A stretch of DNA of 64,000 nucleotides, from the NCBI RefSeq assembly GCF_009914755.1, contig NC_060925.1, one strand, 5' to 3'. The DNA is from the human T2T-CHM13v2.0 reference genome, Homo sapiens. The notes under the pieces were generated by a model. That model made no database searches, was not told the DNA's origin, and saw only the letters and a list, made by a program, of their open reading frames with translations. Shown here in pieces: positions 28,466 to 42,500 of this stretch (position 1 is its first letter; each line of letters opens with the position of its first letter). Made by a program: the position numbers and the translations under genes.

Positions 28466-29635
28466 TTCTTTGGCTGAGGAGAGGCTCAAGTGTGCCAGAG
28501 GGTCATGGAGGGTCAAAGTTACAAACCAATCCCATTCTGCCGGTGACCTGTCTTTTCTGCATGGTCAAATCAGCCACATCCAAGTTACTTCTAGTTCGCC
28601 AGCCATTGCTGCTGTGCCATGTCTGGCTCTTTGAAGATGTCTGACAGTGTTGGCAGTTAACCAGAGACAGTTTTGTGACTTAATAACCAGATCAACTTTG
28701 TATGTAATTCATGTCCACCAGACATTTTTGCAGAGCTTTAGGATGGAGAGGACCTTGAGGAAAGAATTAATGTAAACTGCATCACCTTAGCTGATCATCA
28801 TTCCTGCTTTTAGAACAATTTGAACAATTACACTCACATTTGAAAATTTTGTGCATCTGTTCTTCAGTTGTGCAGGTCACAATGTATAGGCCCACATCAA
28901 AGGATCAATGCTTTCAGATTTGTCTTCTATGTGGAACTTGTATGGTTAAATGATTATAATGTAGTAAAGTGAAAATCTAGTCTGGGAGCTAGAGGGTGTC
29001 AGAACTGATGGTCCTGGGGATCCTTTGAAACCTTTCTGAGCTTGTTTCTTTGTCTGTAAAATGTGACCAACAATTCCTGCCTTGCAGTATCACTCTAAGG
29101 ATTCAGCTAAAGAATATGTGTGATAAAGTCTTACAACTATGTATTTATTGCACCCCTTCCATGTGCTGGGTAGTATACTAGTCCCTGGGGAAACAAACGT
29201 GAATGAATTATGATCCCTGCCCTGGAGAATCTTACAGCTTTAGTGAAGGAGATAGACTCAAAACCAGATAATTGTACGAGAGTGTAGAGGGGCAGAAATG
29301 CACAGGATACTCTGGGAGCATCAAGGGAGGATTAAAAGGACTGGGTTATTGGTGTAGAGATTTCCAGGAAGGCTTACCATAGGCACTGATGGCAGGCAAA
29401 GACAGGTAATTAACAAGGTAAATTGGAGAAAACTGGATACTTTAGGCAGAGGAAATGCAATGGGCAAAAGCCTGTGGATGAGAACCTGGTAGAGGGACGA
29501 TGTGTTACAAATGCTGATGGTGTTTTATTCAATTCTTGCTTTCCCCTGGGAGAAATGACTTTTGGGTACAGTGCATCAAGGAAGATTCAGAAGGTAAAGG
29601 TGGTGAGAGATGTAGGTTAAAAAGTCATCGTCTGT

Positions 29636-29685
29636 TTTCTTAGTTTGCCTGATTTCTTAGTTTGCCTGATTTCTTAGTTTGCCTG
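29636..29685. repeat. 17-bp tandem repeat, about 3 copies
   Basis: (TTTCTTAGTTTGCCTGA)x2.9, perfect copies. Confidence 0.95.
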
Positions 29686-31746
29686 CTACACAAAGTGAAG
29701 CAGAATGCAGTTGAGTGATTTATGTCCATCATAAAAAAAAAAACTGACTAAAAATAAATCTTAGTTCAGGCCAGATGTAGTACATGTTTACCACTTGAGG
29801 TGAACATCGAAGCATAGTGGCACTTACTGGAAGTATCTCTCAGAGAAAGGAGGCTGATTTTATAAAGAAAGTCTTTGGAGCTCAGGAAGTCTGAAAGCTA
29901 AGAGTTGGTCCACAGAGCACTGAAGATAAGCTTGTTGAGCCTCACAGTAATTTTTGTCTGTCCCAATTTTTAGGCAGCAAAACCACAGCAGCATCTCATC
30001 AAGACTATTGTTAATGCAGGTGTCTCCATTGGTTTATGTGTCTTATCCTTACCCTGTTTCCTTCACAACTGTACCATCTTAGGAATCAGGAATCACAAAG
30101 CCAGGTATCCAATGGTGATTTCAGTTCTTTGCCATGGCGACTGGAGGCCAGAGGGGTCAGGGAATGTCAGGGGTGCATAATTCTTGTGCTGTAGGCTTTC
30201 CTGCCATACGTTATCAAGTGTACTCTACAGCATCCTGATAACAGCCTCTGCCCTGGGAAACAGACTGTGACCATGCATTTCTAGTCCAGCATATCCTATC
30301 AGAAGACCAAATGGCTTCATCAAAAACAGAGTGACAACCTCTTCTCTTTGCCTCTTCTGCTGACTCTGTTAACAGGCAGCATTGGGGCAGGAGAGCCTGC
30401 AGGCCTTTCACGGCTGCTTGAGTTCTCACCTGTTTGTCTGAGCTCTGATTCCTCTGCCCTGTAAGCGTAAAGGAGATGTGCTGAGTGGAAAGACCTCTAA
30501 ACAGGCAGCCAGGAAGCCAGATTTCAGGTCCATCTCTGCCTCTAACTGGCAGCTTTGCCTTGGGTAAATCATCAGTGGGCAATAGTTTCTCTCCTGTAAA
30601 AGGAAAAGATTGGGTTTAGATTGTTTCTGAAGTTCTCTCTAGATTTAACCTGGAAGGAGTTGAAATTGCTAACCTTACTCTTAACTGCACCATTGCCCAG
30701 TCCCCAGCTGTCCTCACCTCTGCCCCACCCTTTCATTGCCACTGTCTCCTTCATACTTCCCTTTCCACCTGACCTGTCCCTGCCAACTCCATTCTTTCAT
30801 GCCTGCCTCTCTGTATCTGGAGGGAATCCTTTGGTGCCCAAGCAGGGTTAGATTACCAGATACGCAGACTAAACATGTGTTTGGGGCACCAGAAAAGCAG
30901 ACACCGTGCTCAAATATTTTTTTTAAAAAATAATTTGATATTTGCTGCTTAAAGAAATAAAGCCGTGATCATGAGAAAAAGCAGACCTTAGCTGGACTTT
31001 CTTATACTTATTTTATGGTTTATTATTTAAATTTGATTTCTGTTTGGAGGAACGCTATAATCTTTGCAGTACGTCGTGCCTCTGAAGGCTTCGTCTTCTT
31101 CCTCCTCCTAAACTTGTTGAACTCAGCCTTTCCACCGAAGCCTCACAGAGGTAGGGAGATGCTGCTTTGCTCTACCCTTTTCTCTGTACTGGCCTCATGT
31201 GTGCTGCTTTTAGTATAGTAACACATTTCTCTATAGCACTTTCTAGGTGAGCATCTCCATGCTGGGGGCTAGGCCCTGGGGCAGAAGTAGGCCAGGGAGA
31301 GAGGCACAAGGTGTGAGACACACTCTTCCTCCTCCAGAGTTTATAATTGAAACATATGTTTTCTCCACAACAATTAAATGCCAGAAATGGCCATACCTAT
31401 TTGAAGGCGTGCAGACCAGTCTCTGGAAGATGCTCCTGCAGCAGGGACCTTGAAGAGAAGATGGAGGAAAGTTTAACCGTATTAACAAAGTGTGCATATC
31501 TGAATAGCCTGCTACTTTATTTCTAAGCCCTAAATCCCATGATTGTGGACTGTTGGCTGTTTCCCATTTTCAGAGCTGCCCCAAACCAGTTTCTCCCAGA
31601 CTCAGGCATTCTCTCTGTGTCTTCATATCTCTTCTGAACTGACTTTTGTCCTTTGAGCCTGCCCTCTCTGATAAGCTGCCGTAGCCACTGAGAAGAATGA
31701 CCAAGTTGAGTCCCTGAGCCCACAGAATAATAAAAGGATGTTTTCT

Positions 31747-32041
31747 TTTTCTTTTTTTCTTTTTTTTTTTTTGAGACTGAGTCTCGCTCTGTCGCCCTGG
31801 CTGGAGTGCGGTGACACCATCTTGGCTCACTGCAAGCTCCGCCTCCTAGGTCCACGCCATTCTCCTGCCTCAGCCTCCCGAGTAGCTGGGACTACAGGGC
31901 CCGGCTAATTTTTTGTATTTTTAGTAGAGATGGGTTTTCACCATGTTTAGCCAGGATGGTCTTGATCTCCTGACCTCGTGATCCACCCGCCTCAGCCTCC
32001 CAAAGTGCTGGGATTACAGGCGTGAGCCACCGTGCCCAGCC
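31747..32041 (-). mobile_element. AluY with 18-bp TSD and a small internal deletion
   Basis: TSD AATAAAAGGATGTTTTCT at 31729-31746 and 32042-32059. Confidence 0.95.
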
Positions 32042-32179
32042 AATAAAAGGATGTTTTCTAATGGGTTCAGTCTGGTTGCCTAGGGGGAACATTTGGCTTT
32101 TGCATAGACTGTAATAATCCCCATTTCTTTATTTTCATAGTCTGGTTAATCCCATGTCATTGCCTTTGAAGTTAAATAA

Positions 32180-32370
32180 ATTGATTGCTTAATGTGCACG
32201 GGGCACTGTGCTAAGTGTGGACATGTATGGGCTCACTAAATCCCCACCACAACCTCTGAGGTGAGTGCTGTTGTTTCCCACTTATTGAGAAAGAGGGAAA
32301 CAGAGATGTTAGGTAACACACCTGACATCACACAGCTAATAAATGGCAGAGCCAGGATTCTTCGCTCTGG
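32180..32370 (-). mobile_element. MIR SINE
   Basis: ggcactgtgctaagtg...acaacctctgaggt...cacacagctaataaatggcagagccaggatt. Confidence 0.75.
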
Positions 32371-35300
32371 CAGTGTGACTCCTGTGTCTCTTCTCTTCAT
32401 CATTGCACTGTATGTTCTCTGAGGGTAGAGTTGTGGGTGTGCTGGAGACAGCATGGGGAAAGTAGTAGCACTCTCCATTTGAGTTGTTGGACTGATTTTG
32501 AGTTTCTTTCTTTCACAGTGAAAGTTGTTTGAATTGTTAATGAGAGGAAATTTTAGAAAATGCTTCACCTTTAATATATTAGGTTATATCTCTTCTCTGT
32601 AACGGCATCTTTTCAATTCTCTTCATCACTTTTTTTGTTTACCTAGTATGTGATCAAAATTAAAGTTGTCTGCTGTGGCTGCCTTTTCAATGAGGTACAC
32701 AGTATCACATTGCCACATGTAATTTCCACTCAGGTGACACTGTTCTCACTGCTGAGAGAAATGGCAGGATTAGCAGAAAGGGTGGTATTAGATATTTTAT
32801 CTCCCTTAATCTACAAGCAAACATGGTTACACATATTGGAATATGTCTTTTCAGGATTCTGGTGGACTCGGTTGGTTTATTTTAAGGATGAGAGTTTCCT
32901 CCAGAAGGTTAAGCATTATTACATCTGCTGCTTTACCACACCTACTTTTGGGGTGTTTGCTGATGTTCATAACTAGCAATAACTGTGATTCATAAAAAGG
33001 AATCTCTTATTTTTATGAACATTTCAATCTGGTGTCTTGAGTTGAGCCCAGAAACTTTATAGCTGGCTCTGAGTTTATTTCTCCCAAAACATAAATGTAT
33101 TTTTGAGATCCTCTTAATACCTCTGGTATCTGATATTCACACATCATTTTATTTAATGATTCTAGAGGCTTGGAAGGCTGCTAAAAGTCATTGTTTTCGC
33201 CTTTGAGAATAATTACCATCCTGGAATCCCCAGTTTAGCCTGAGACCACCTAACTTCCCCCTACTCAGGATTCAAGCCAGTTCTGTCCAAGGACAAACCA
33301 GAGAGGGCCTAAAGAATTAAAGTGGGTGGGGCAGGATGAAAACACTAATAGTAGAGAGAGCTTTCTGAGCTATCTGGAAGGATCGTCCTCACCCTCTCCC
33401 AATACTTCTGTCAAAGTTAAAAACATTTCCCCCTTAGTTTGGCTCCTTCGGGAATCCCCAGGCCCAGTTGCAGTTTTCATTGCAGCTGTAAGTGACCATC
33501 TGACCACTGGTGAATTCAAGAAAGTTGGACCTTCAGGCTCTTTTTGGAGTTAATGGAGCATCCTGTAGTTTAACAGATGTGAAACTGTTTTTAGAGATAT
33601 CAGCTGCCTGCTGGTCTGGTTCCTGGGCTGTGCCTTTTCGGTTCAGCCCAGGGGAAAGGGAGGAAGGAAATAAAATGAAATGAGTTCATTCACTTTTCTT
33701 CCTTAAAAGGACTGCAGGAATACAGGAGGACAGGGGCATCTGAACTCAGTGAATTAACTTGTTCTTCTGTCTGCTCCAGGTTATTTCCTTTGGTTCTTGC
33801 TGACATGCTTTACCTGGAGCTCTATTGGCCACTCCTGCACTGCACAGGTATTAGGACCAGACTCTGTAAGGCTGCAGGGAGGGATGTAAACACCTTAGCA
33901 TCCAGAGTCATGACTTAGTAGAAAACACGTCAGTTTTATTATGAGACCTAAGTTTGAGTCCCAGTGCCACTACTATTAATTAGCTGGGTAATATTGGGCA
34001 ATCTTAGAGTTGAACTTTTTGAACAGTTTTTTCCCTAACTTGAAGTTGGTAATAACATTTACTTTACAGGATTGTTGAATGGTTGTGAGGATGAATTAAA
34101 ATGTTGACCGCGTTAAAGTCATTTTGTAAGCCATCCAGTATCCTTGCTGTTATAGTTCTATGCACAGCTGATTTTTTAGTTGCAGGCAAACGAATTTTTA
34201 CATGGAAGTACTTGATTTTGGAGGTTTTAAATAACCCTTTTATAAAGGATTGATAGTTTAAAATAGTTGGTTGTAAAAATGAAAAGGAACTTGGAAAGAA
34301 ATGTCATGCTGCCCTTCAGATTTATTTCAGCACACATAAAAGAAGCCTCTTAAGAGTTAAGTTTTCACCTGTGTCATTTGGCTTAGAAAATAGTTTGAAG
34401 AAACTTTTCAAGGGGCTAATGCTCTACAAGGGTCAAAAACCTATTTCCATGTGCTAAGACATCAATAATATTTTTAATAGGGCTGTTTCTCTTTTGAATA
34501 TATGTTAATTGTTTCCCTCTAAGAATTCACACAGAAATTGGATATCATATTTTGGACTGCCTCCCAAGACTTTTATGGGATGGAATATGGTCAAATACTC
34601 ATTCATGAACAAATAAAACCAAACAGATTTGTTTCCCTCTCACCACATTTTTGCACATATATCTTTAATAAATATTCACTGAAAGCTGTGAGCTATACAA
34701 AGCAAGGAAAACTACCCACTATTGAAGTTTGAGGGAGCCAAGTGAATAACCCCTCTTTCCACACCAGTTAGAAAGATAAAGGAGTCAGGCTGGTAGATTG
34801 CAAAATATCATCTTTATTACTGATGATGCACTTTGGAGAATATGGCTTTGGGTCTGCAGCCAAGTAGGCCTCCAGAAATTTTATCCCTGAATTAGATAAA
34901 ACTACCCACCTTTTCTTGGCATGCCAGAATAATGGAAGCTGGTACCCTGCAGGGGAAAGCTGCTTTCCCCCAGCAGGAGAGGAGTCCAGAATTCGTGACC
35001 TTTGCAGACAGGCAAATCTCAAAGAGGACGAAGAGGAGGAATTAGTGAGGGGGCAGCAAGGAAGGCCCGGTGTATTGTAAGGAATTCTCTCTTGGCGATG
35101 TAACATGAAGAGAGTGAGTAAGTGTCCTCTTACCTCAACACCTGCAGTAGGGTCTTCAAAGGTAGCTGAGACCTGACCCCTGCTTACCAGGGACATTGAA
35201 TGGGGAAGGAAGAGAAGACCTCTCTACAATTGTATTTGAACAGTTGTCCTTCTTCGCAGCTTTAGCTAAGGCTGTAAATGCAAGTGGGAGCACATTTTTA

Positions 35301-36401
35301 TGGGGCAGCCGCATTGTTCCCTGGTGTTTTAACTGCCCCCCAACTGCTGTTTACTTCTCACATCTGAATCTTCTTTCAAGCATCACTTTTAGGCTTAAAA
35401 AAATCCCTATTTGACTAAAGAAAATGAGCGGAACAATTCCTCTTTATAAAATGCTAAACAGAACAAGACATCTGGTACTGTACACACTGTAGCCCAAAGG
35501 TGAATTTTACCCTCAATATAAGCAGAGTATGCTGTATGTCAACAGTCAGCTCAAACAGAAGCTCGAGCATCGCTGTAGAGCCGCTATCATCACTGAAGGG
35601 AATTCATCATTATCCCTGTTAGTAATTTCATAGCTTTGGAAACTGGTTTATAGTACTTAACTGAAACAACCCCAAAATCCCACCCCTGACTCTGCCTTTT
35701 CTATTTTCCCCAACTTCTGTTCCCTTTCTAAAGAACAAGATTTTGTGGAATTTAAAGTAGACTGTGACTGGCCAGGTTGCTGCTTGCTCACAATGCCTGT
35801 CCTGTGTGTTGGCTTTCTCAGCCAAACTTTTGGGAGCCAGTTGTCACCCAGGACCCAAGGCTGGCATTCTTTGGAAAAACCTGCCTGTGTGTTGTGCCAA
35901 GTTGTGTTAGCCACTCCATGTTATTCTTAGATGGGCTCTGGAGTATGACCAGCCTGTGTGCATGCATTTGTAGTAGGCACTGGATAAGAACTGGAGTAAT
36001 GACTACAGAAGTGAACGGTCACAGCTCTAACCTGCTGAGTCATCTCAGCTCAGCCTTGCTAGCAAGGCCTCCCAGGCTGCATATAGTTTGCTTTTCCTGT
36101 TCGTTGCATTCCAACCTGTCAACGGCTATTTTCTGAAGGTCTGTGGGGGCTCATGTAGAAAAGGAATAGGTCTGGGTGGAGGCCAAGAATCTGAATTTGT
36201 ATCATGTACCCTAGCTCATCTTAATTCAAGTGTTAGTCTGTAAGAAACAGAAGAATGGGTAACTCAACTCCTCCAAACAAATCTGTCAGCATTTACTCAT
36301 GCAGGAAGGCTATTTTCATGTATCACGTTCAGAACACAAAGGGTCCCAAAGGGCTTCCCATCTATCTTTCAGGTGTTGGGCTTCCTGTCTTCCACTGTGT
36401 C

Positions 36402-36707
36402 TTTTTTTTTTTTTTTTTTTTTTTTTTGATACTGAGTCTCACTCAGTTGCCCAGGCTGGAGTGCAGTGGTGTGATCTTGGCTCACTGCAACCTCCGCCTC
36501 CCGGGTTCAGGCGATTCTCCTGCCTAGCCTCCTGAGTAGCTGGGATTACAGGCACAGACCACCACACCTGGCTAATTTTTGTATATTTAGTAGAGACGGG
36601 GTTTTGCCATGTTGGCCAGGCTGGTCTTGAACTCCTGACCTCAGATGATCCACCCACCTAACCTCACAAAGTGCTGGGATTACAAGTGCGAGCCACCATG
36701 TCCGGCC
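36402..36707 (-). mobile_element. AluS (Sx-like)
   Basis: Poly(T) followed by a complete antisense Alu dimer. Confidence 0.93.
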
Positions 36708-37320
36708 AGTCAGTTGTTTTAAATCGTGTATTGCCTATGAGCAGATGAGGAAGAGGAATCACACTGTCTATTGAGATTACTGACAACCTTTCTAAGCCTC
36801 ATTTTCTCAGAGTTTTAGCCTCAAAAGGGACATTGATCAATTTGTAGTCTGATTTCCTTCTTTTCTCAGTTTACAAAGAACTTAGAGGAATTATTTCATG
36901 AGTCCCCCAAAATTAGTCATTTCCTACTTTGTGACCCCACAGCATTTTGTTCATACTCCATATTTTAAGTAAACACTGTTTTGTAATTAATGTGTTTATA
37001 TGTCACTTCTTTCCACCATCACCACCAGCCCCCTTGCGCCAACTGATTTCTTCAAGAGATTGAACCAGGTCTAATTTATGTTTGTCTCCCACCAACCCAG
37101 TGACAGATAGATGAATCATGTTGCCTGGAGAGGTTAAGGGATTTGCCTAGAGTAGCAGCCCTGAAATGTGAGTGGCTTTCATAACTCCCAGCCATGTACT
37201 TACCACTCGTATGTTGCCAGAAATGTTTTTAAATGATGTGAATTCATGCAAATGAGTTAGGACACAACTTTCCCATTATGTTCATCTACACTAGCTCATT
37301 TATAAAACATTCATAATAGT

Positions 37321-37342
37321 GATGATGATGATGATGATGATG
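37321..37342. repeat. (GAT)7 microsatellite
   Basis: Read directly. Confidence 0.9.
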
Positions 37343-38232
37343 TCATTACCACCCACCCAACTGTATCATTTTAAGGATCAACCTAAATAATATTTGTGAA
37401 AGCTTTGAAACTGGCAAAGCCACCTTATGCAGGTATATAGATTGCTATTACTCTAGTCTGTTGTTATTTCTGTGTAATTTACAAAGTATTTCATATTCAT
37501 CATCTCACTTCTCGTTACACCTCTGTGAAATAGGTGGTCTCATTGTCATTTCATAGACACAAGAACTGAGGCTGAGCGAGACTAAGTATTTCAACCATAA
37601 TCACAAATGGATGAAAGAAGACTAGAACCCAGCCAGCCCTCTTGCTTTCTTCCAGTACAGCCACTAGATCAAGGCTGCAGAGTCCCTCAGGGGTGTTGTT
37701 ATCATCATCATCTGTTGAATCTGTTGCATCTTCTGTTGTGTGTTTAGGTCCTCAGGTCCCTAAAGCCCTCCTGGGTGAGCCCAGGAAAGAGACAACTTCA
37801 TGAGAAATGAGAGTGAGGCCCTTCTAAGACCAGTTATGTATGTGTGTTGAAATGCTAGTCAGGTTTTTCATTTTATCAAAATGCAGGGCTTAGACACAGA
37901 ATGCTTTATAAGACAAAGCAAGTTTGATTTTGAATTGGCCGACCATTGACCATGTTGGACCAGCAGCAGCAGCATGTGGATATGTGGGTCCAGGCAGGAG
38001 GGGCTAACCTCTCCATGGCTTCTGTCTCAATGGGGAGTTCCTTACTGTGACTCTCAGAGGAAATGAAGGATGATAAATCCAGCTGCTGCTTCCTGTTTCT
38101 ATAATTTGGGGATTTATTTTTTTAAAGGGTAGAATGCTTTATTTTTAAACCAGTGGAAAATACCCTCAACGTGTTCCTTGTTAGTATTTCCTTGAAATCT
38201 AGATGCACTCATTTGAGCTTTAAAGGAGTGGG

Positions 38233-38275
38233 TGTGTTTGCGTGTGTGTGTGTGTCTGTGTGTCTGTGTGTGTGT
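38233..38275. repeat. Interrupted (TG)n microsatellite
   Basis: Read directly. Confidence 0.85.
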
Positions 38276-38802
38276 CTGAAATTCCCATGATGCTGCCTGA
38301 GATGGCTCGCTCTCTTTCAGTTTTTCAACAACAATAACAACAGAATGAAAACCAATTAAGGCAGATTTCACTGGGCAGGAAGCTCTATGTGAGATTGATG
38401 ACAGTATCTGATTTAGAGGAGGCCTGTAATTTATATCTGTGGTATTACTATCTCTCTGGGTATGCTTGTGCAATTCAGGTCTGGTTTTTCTTCTGCTTGT
38501 GATTGTGTCATTAGTAATAAAGTCCCGAGGCATTTAGGAAACACACTGCCTTCTCACATATCATTGTTTACAGACAGTAGCTGTTTGGTATAGATGATTA
38601 GGATGCCATTTTTGGAGTTTGATTATGTAGCCCCTGACTCCATAACTAAAACCAATAGGTAGAAATATATTTTACCAGTGCCATTTTTTTTTTCATTTCC
38701 TAATTTAAGAGACAGAGGATGTATATGGGGTTCCAATGGTACATCGTTCAGGAGCAGCATAGGAAATTTATCTGGCAAAATAGAATTATAAGAATTTAGT
38801 AG

Positions 38803-39149
<347 letters not shown>

Positions 39150-40899
39150 CTAATTTAAGTCCCTTAGCCCCTCCTTTCATGTTCTTAAAATCATAGCTAA
39201 GGTACTATTCTTCTTATAGTGGGTGATCAGTACATATTTTGTACTTACGAACCAGTAGGCCTAAGTGAGTTGTTTATTCTTTTAAGAATTATGGTTACAC
39301 TTTAATGAATTCAGAATAAAAAATAAATCTTCACAGCCTAAATTTAGTGAAGAGATTATACCGAATATTTGGTCTGACTTTGTTAACAACTTTTTGAAGG
39401 TAAGATTTAAAAACTTTGAGACTATGACACTTACTGGAGGACTGTTCCAGCACACTGGATGTTGTAGAAGTCTGGAATTCTCATCTCCATTCTGCCATTT
39501 CCTTGTAACAAGTTTCTTGGCTATAAAATAAAGTTGATATTATTTGTTTGTCTCATAGTAGTTTGTGAGGATCAGATTAGTTGGAATCCATGGAATTGTC
39601 TTTTAAAAAGTGAGATTATGATAAAGACCTTAGGTAATATTGTTATTAAATGACAGTTGGGTTGTTGTTTCATTTTTTAAGACTTTACTCCTTGTGCCCT
39701 TAGGCAGCCTTTGACTACCAGCATTTTGTCACCTTCACTTTAAGGGTTCCTTCTAGTGATTTTTTTTAATTTGTAGAAGCAAATTTAATTTAATTTGAGT
39801 TAATCTCTAGTTTAAAATAAGCTGAGGGGGCAGGTATGGGCTTCATAGTGTCAGTCAGATCTGGGTTTGAATCCTGGTCCACCTTGTATTAGCTGTGTGA
39901 TCTCGGTCGAATTACTCAAACTTTCAAAACCTGTTTTCTCTCAGTAAAACTGAAGCAGTAATACCACTGCTCAGGATGGATAGGACAATTTAATAGGCTC
40001 AAGTATGTAAGTGCTTGGTTATTCAGGAGGGGTAATTTTCTTCCTGTCTTCCCCTGCCTATTAGCAGTAGCCTCAGTGTTGAATGGCAAGATACAGCCCA
40101 AGATTTTCCTGTAAATATGCCAGCAGTGCACAGCTCCTCCCCTCTCTACCTCATCTTTGTCCCTGTATACCATGGTCAAGGAAATGAGAAGTAAACTAGC
40201 CGCTGTAGGTCACTGACACTCTCCTTAGAAATGCTAAATATTTCTTTTCCCACCTTCTTTTCAGTGTAATCTGACCTGAGTTCTCTGAATGCTTGACCTT
40301 CCCAGGGAGTTTCAGCGGGTGAGAAAGCCTGACACTGCTTGGATTACTTGAATATATACAGAGCTACTCACTCATATGTCCATGCATTTTTGGGGTTTTT
40401 TTTTTTTTAGTTATATAGTTTGTGGAATTATTTTGCAAGTTACCTTTTTCCCTTTAGACTTTTCAAAAAAGAACCTTTTAAAATTTTATGACGGGATAAG
40501 CAATATGGTGGTTAGCAAGATTAATGTTTACCAGTTTGCTGAAGGGAAAATCAAACAACATATGTCCAAACTCTGTTTAAGAATTTCCATGGGATTCTGA
40601 ATTCCTTAATCTCTGTAGTTTTATGAAGTCATAGCAACATGCCGCATACTTGAGTTATAGCTCCTTGTCGAAATGTGTTTGTATAATTTGACTTTATGTT
40701 CAAAATAAGAAACAAGTAGCCGTAAGAAAAACATCTTGGTACTCTCTCACCCTGCTACTTCCAACTTTTACCCCTCTACTCCTTTCCTATCCTGAAAAAT
40801 ACACCCTCCCATCATACCTGCCTCCCCCGCTTGCTGTTGTACCAGCCTTTTGTTTCATCCCCAGCTGAGATTTGAGAGGTGAATATTCACTTTCCCACA

Positions 40900-41560
40900 T
40901 ACCCTTGCACACGTGAGCCAGACTTTTTCACCGAAAGTGCTCAGGCCAAAGTGTCAGGTGACTCTCAGCTGCCAGATCCAGCGGTCACTTTTGCCCCTTA
41001 ACGTGCGTGACTTGCTTTTGACACCTGCAATGCTGCTTACCACTCTCTTCCTGAAGGGGTTGCCTCTTTTGGCTTCTAGGCCAACATTCTCTTCATAGTT
41101 CTTGTCCTCTGACCCACCCTTCTTCCTCTCCTCTGCTGAATGCTTTTCTTCTCCCAGTTCCCTAAATGCTAGTGATCCCCTGGATTCTGCCATTGGCCTT
41201 TTTTCTCTGTGTATGCTCTCCTTGGATTATCTCATCCTGCATATGTGGATTAGTCACAAATCTGTAAATCCCAGATCTTTCTCTTAGGATTCAGGACAAC
41301 CAACTACTAGATACCTTGACTTAAATTTATTATGCCACTACCAGCTATTCCAACTGAAAAATTGAATTGAGTGGAAATCATGTTGACTATAGAGTAGTTT
41401 TCTCCTTCATCTCCCTGCCTCCAGTCTTTCCTCCCTTCAATCTTGCTTCTACATTCCTGGTAGAATTCTTTTTAAAACGGAATGGTGACCTCATTGCCTC
41501 ACTTGTTAAAACCCTTCAGGGGTTCCTTACTGTCCCTTTGTAATTAGGATCTTACAATAT
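40900..41560 (+). mobile_element. L2 fragment
   Basis: Pyrimidine-rich L2 ORF2/3' motifs, e.g. cacttgttaaaacccttcaggggttcc. Confidence 0.6.
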
Positions 41561-42129
41561 TGAACTTTCCCTGAGTTGTACCCTGGAAAATCTCCCCATC
41601 CTTCAATTTTCCAACCCTCACCCCCCACCCCCACCCTTTGGTGTTCTGGGAAACCACAAAGGACTATCTTGTTCTCCAATATTCTGAGATTAGACCCATC
41701 TCTGTCCTTCCTGACTCCCAGATGACTTCCTTGTTTACCTGCCTCTATAGAACTCCAGACCCTTTCCTTTTCTTTGAGACAGCCCTCATTAGTGTTTTAT
41801 TCCAGTAGCTTGAAGAAAATCACCTCCTTAATTGTCTGGTGCATTTTGGCTCTCACAAGTCTTACCCTGTTAATTTGTTACAGTTATCATTCTATCATGT
41901 TATGTTTGTTTATAATATAATCTCTACATTGTATTATTTATAATAAATTACAATATATTGTTCATAAATTGTTAGTATAAAATACTATTTTATGTTTATA
42001 CTTCCACTTTAAGTCCTTAGTGTTTATAAAATACTTGTATTTATAAACAAGGATGAATTATAAAATAAGTCTGTCCAAATCTATTTCTAGATGCTTTTAA
42101 GAGGTGTTTTTTAGTAGTTGGAGGTTTTA

Positions 42130-42500
42130 TTAATTATGTTACCAACTAAACTGCTGAGACACCCAAATAGAATGACTTAAATAAGATAGATGTTTATTTC
42201 CTCCTTACAGAACAGTCCAGATATGAGCAGCCAGCAACTGGCAGGATAGCACTCCTGTGCTACACACGTGATTTCTAAGGTTGTCCTGCTGTCCCCATTT
42301 CTAGCCCGCAGGAAAAAAGGAAAAGGAAGGCCAAGTCAAGTAGCCTTGTCTTGTAGCCTTGTCTTTATGAAGGTTACCAGGAAATTAGTTGAACTGCTTC
42401 TTACATCCTGTTGGTCCCTCCTCATTAGGTGGCCACATCTGGCTGCAAATGAGGCTGGGAAATGTTATCTCTAGATGGGCACCTTTGCACCTAGCTAAAC
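42130..42500 (-). mobile_element. Old ERVL/MaLR LTR fragment (MLT1J/K-like)
   Basis: gacttaaataagatagatgtttatttc and ggccacatctggctgcaaatgaggctgggaaatgt. Confidence 0.5.

Noticed and set aside
29636-29685. CRISPR-like array or other prokaryotic system
   Set aside because: Head-to-tail repeats without spacers, in unmistakably primate DNA.
41850-42070. AT-rich tract as a structured element
   Set aside because: Low-complexity sequence with no clear periodicity or long stem.
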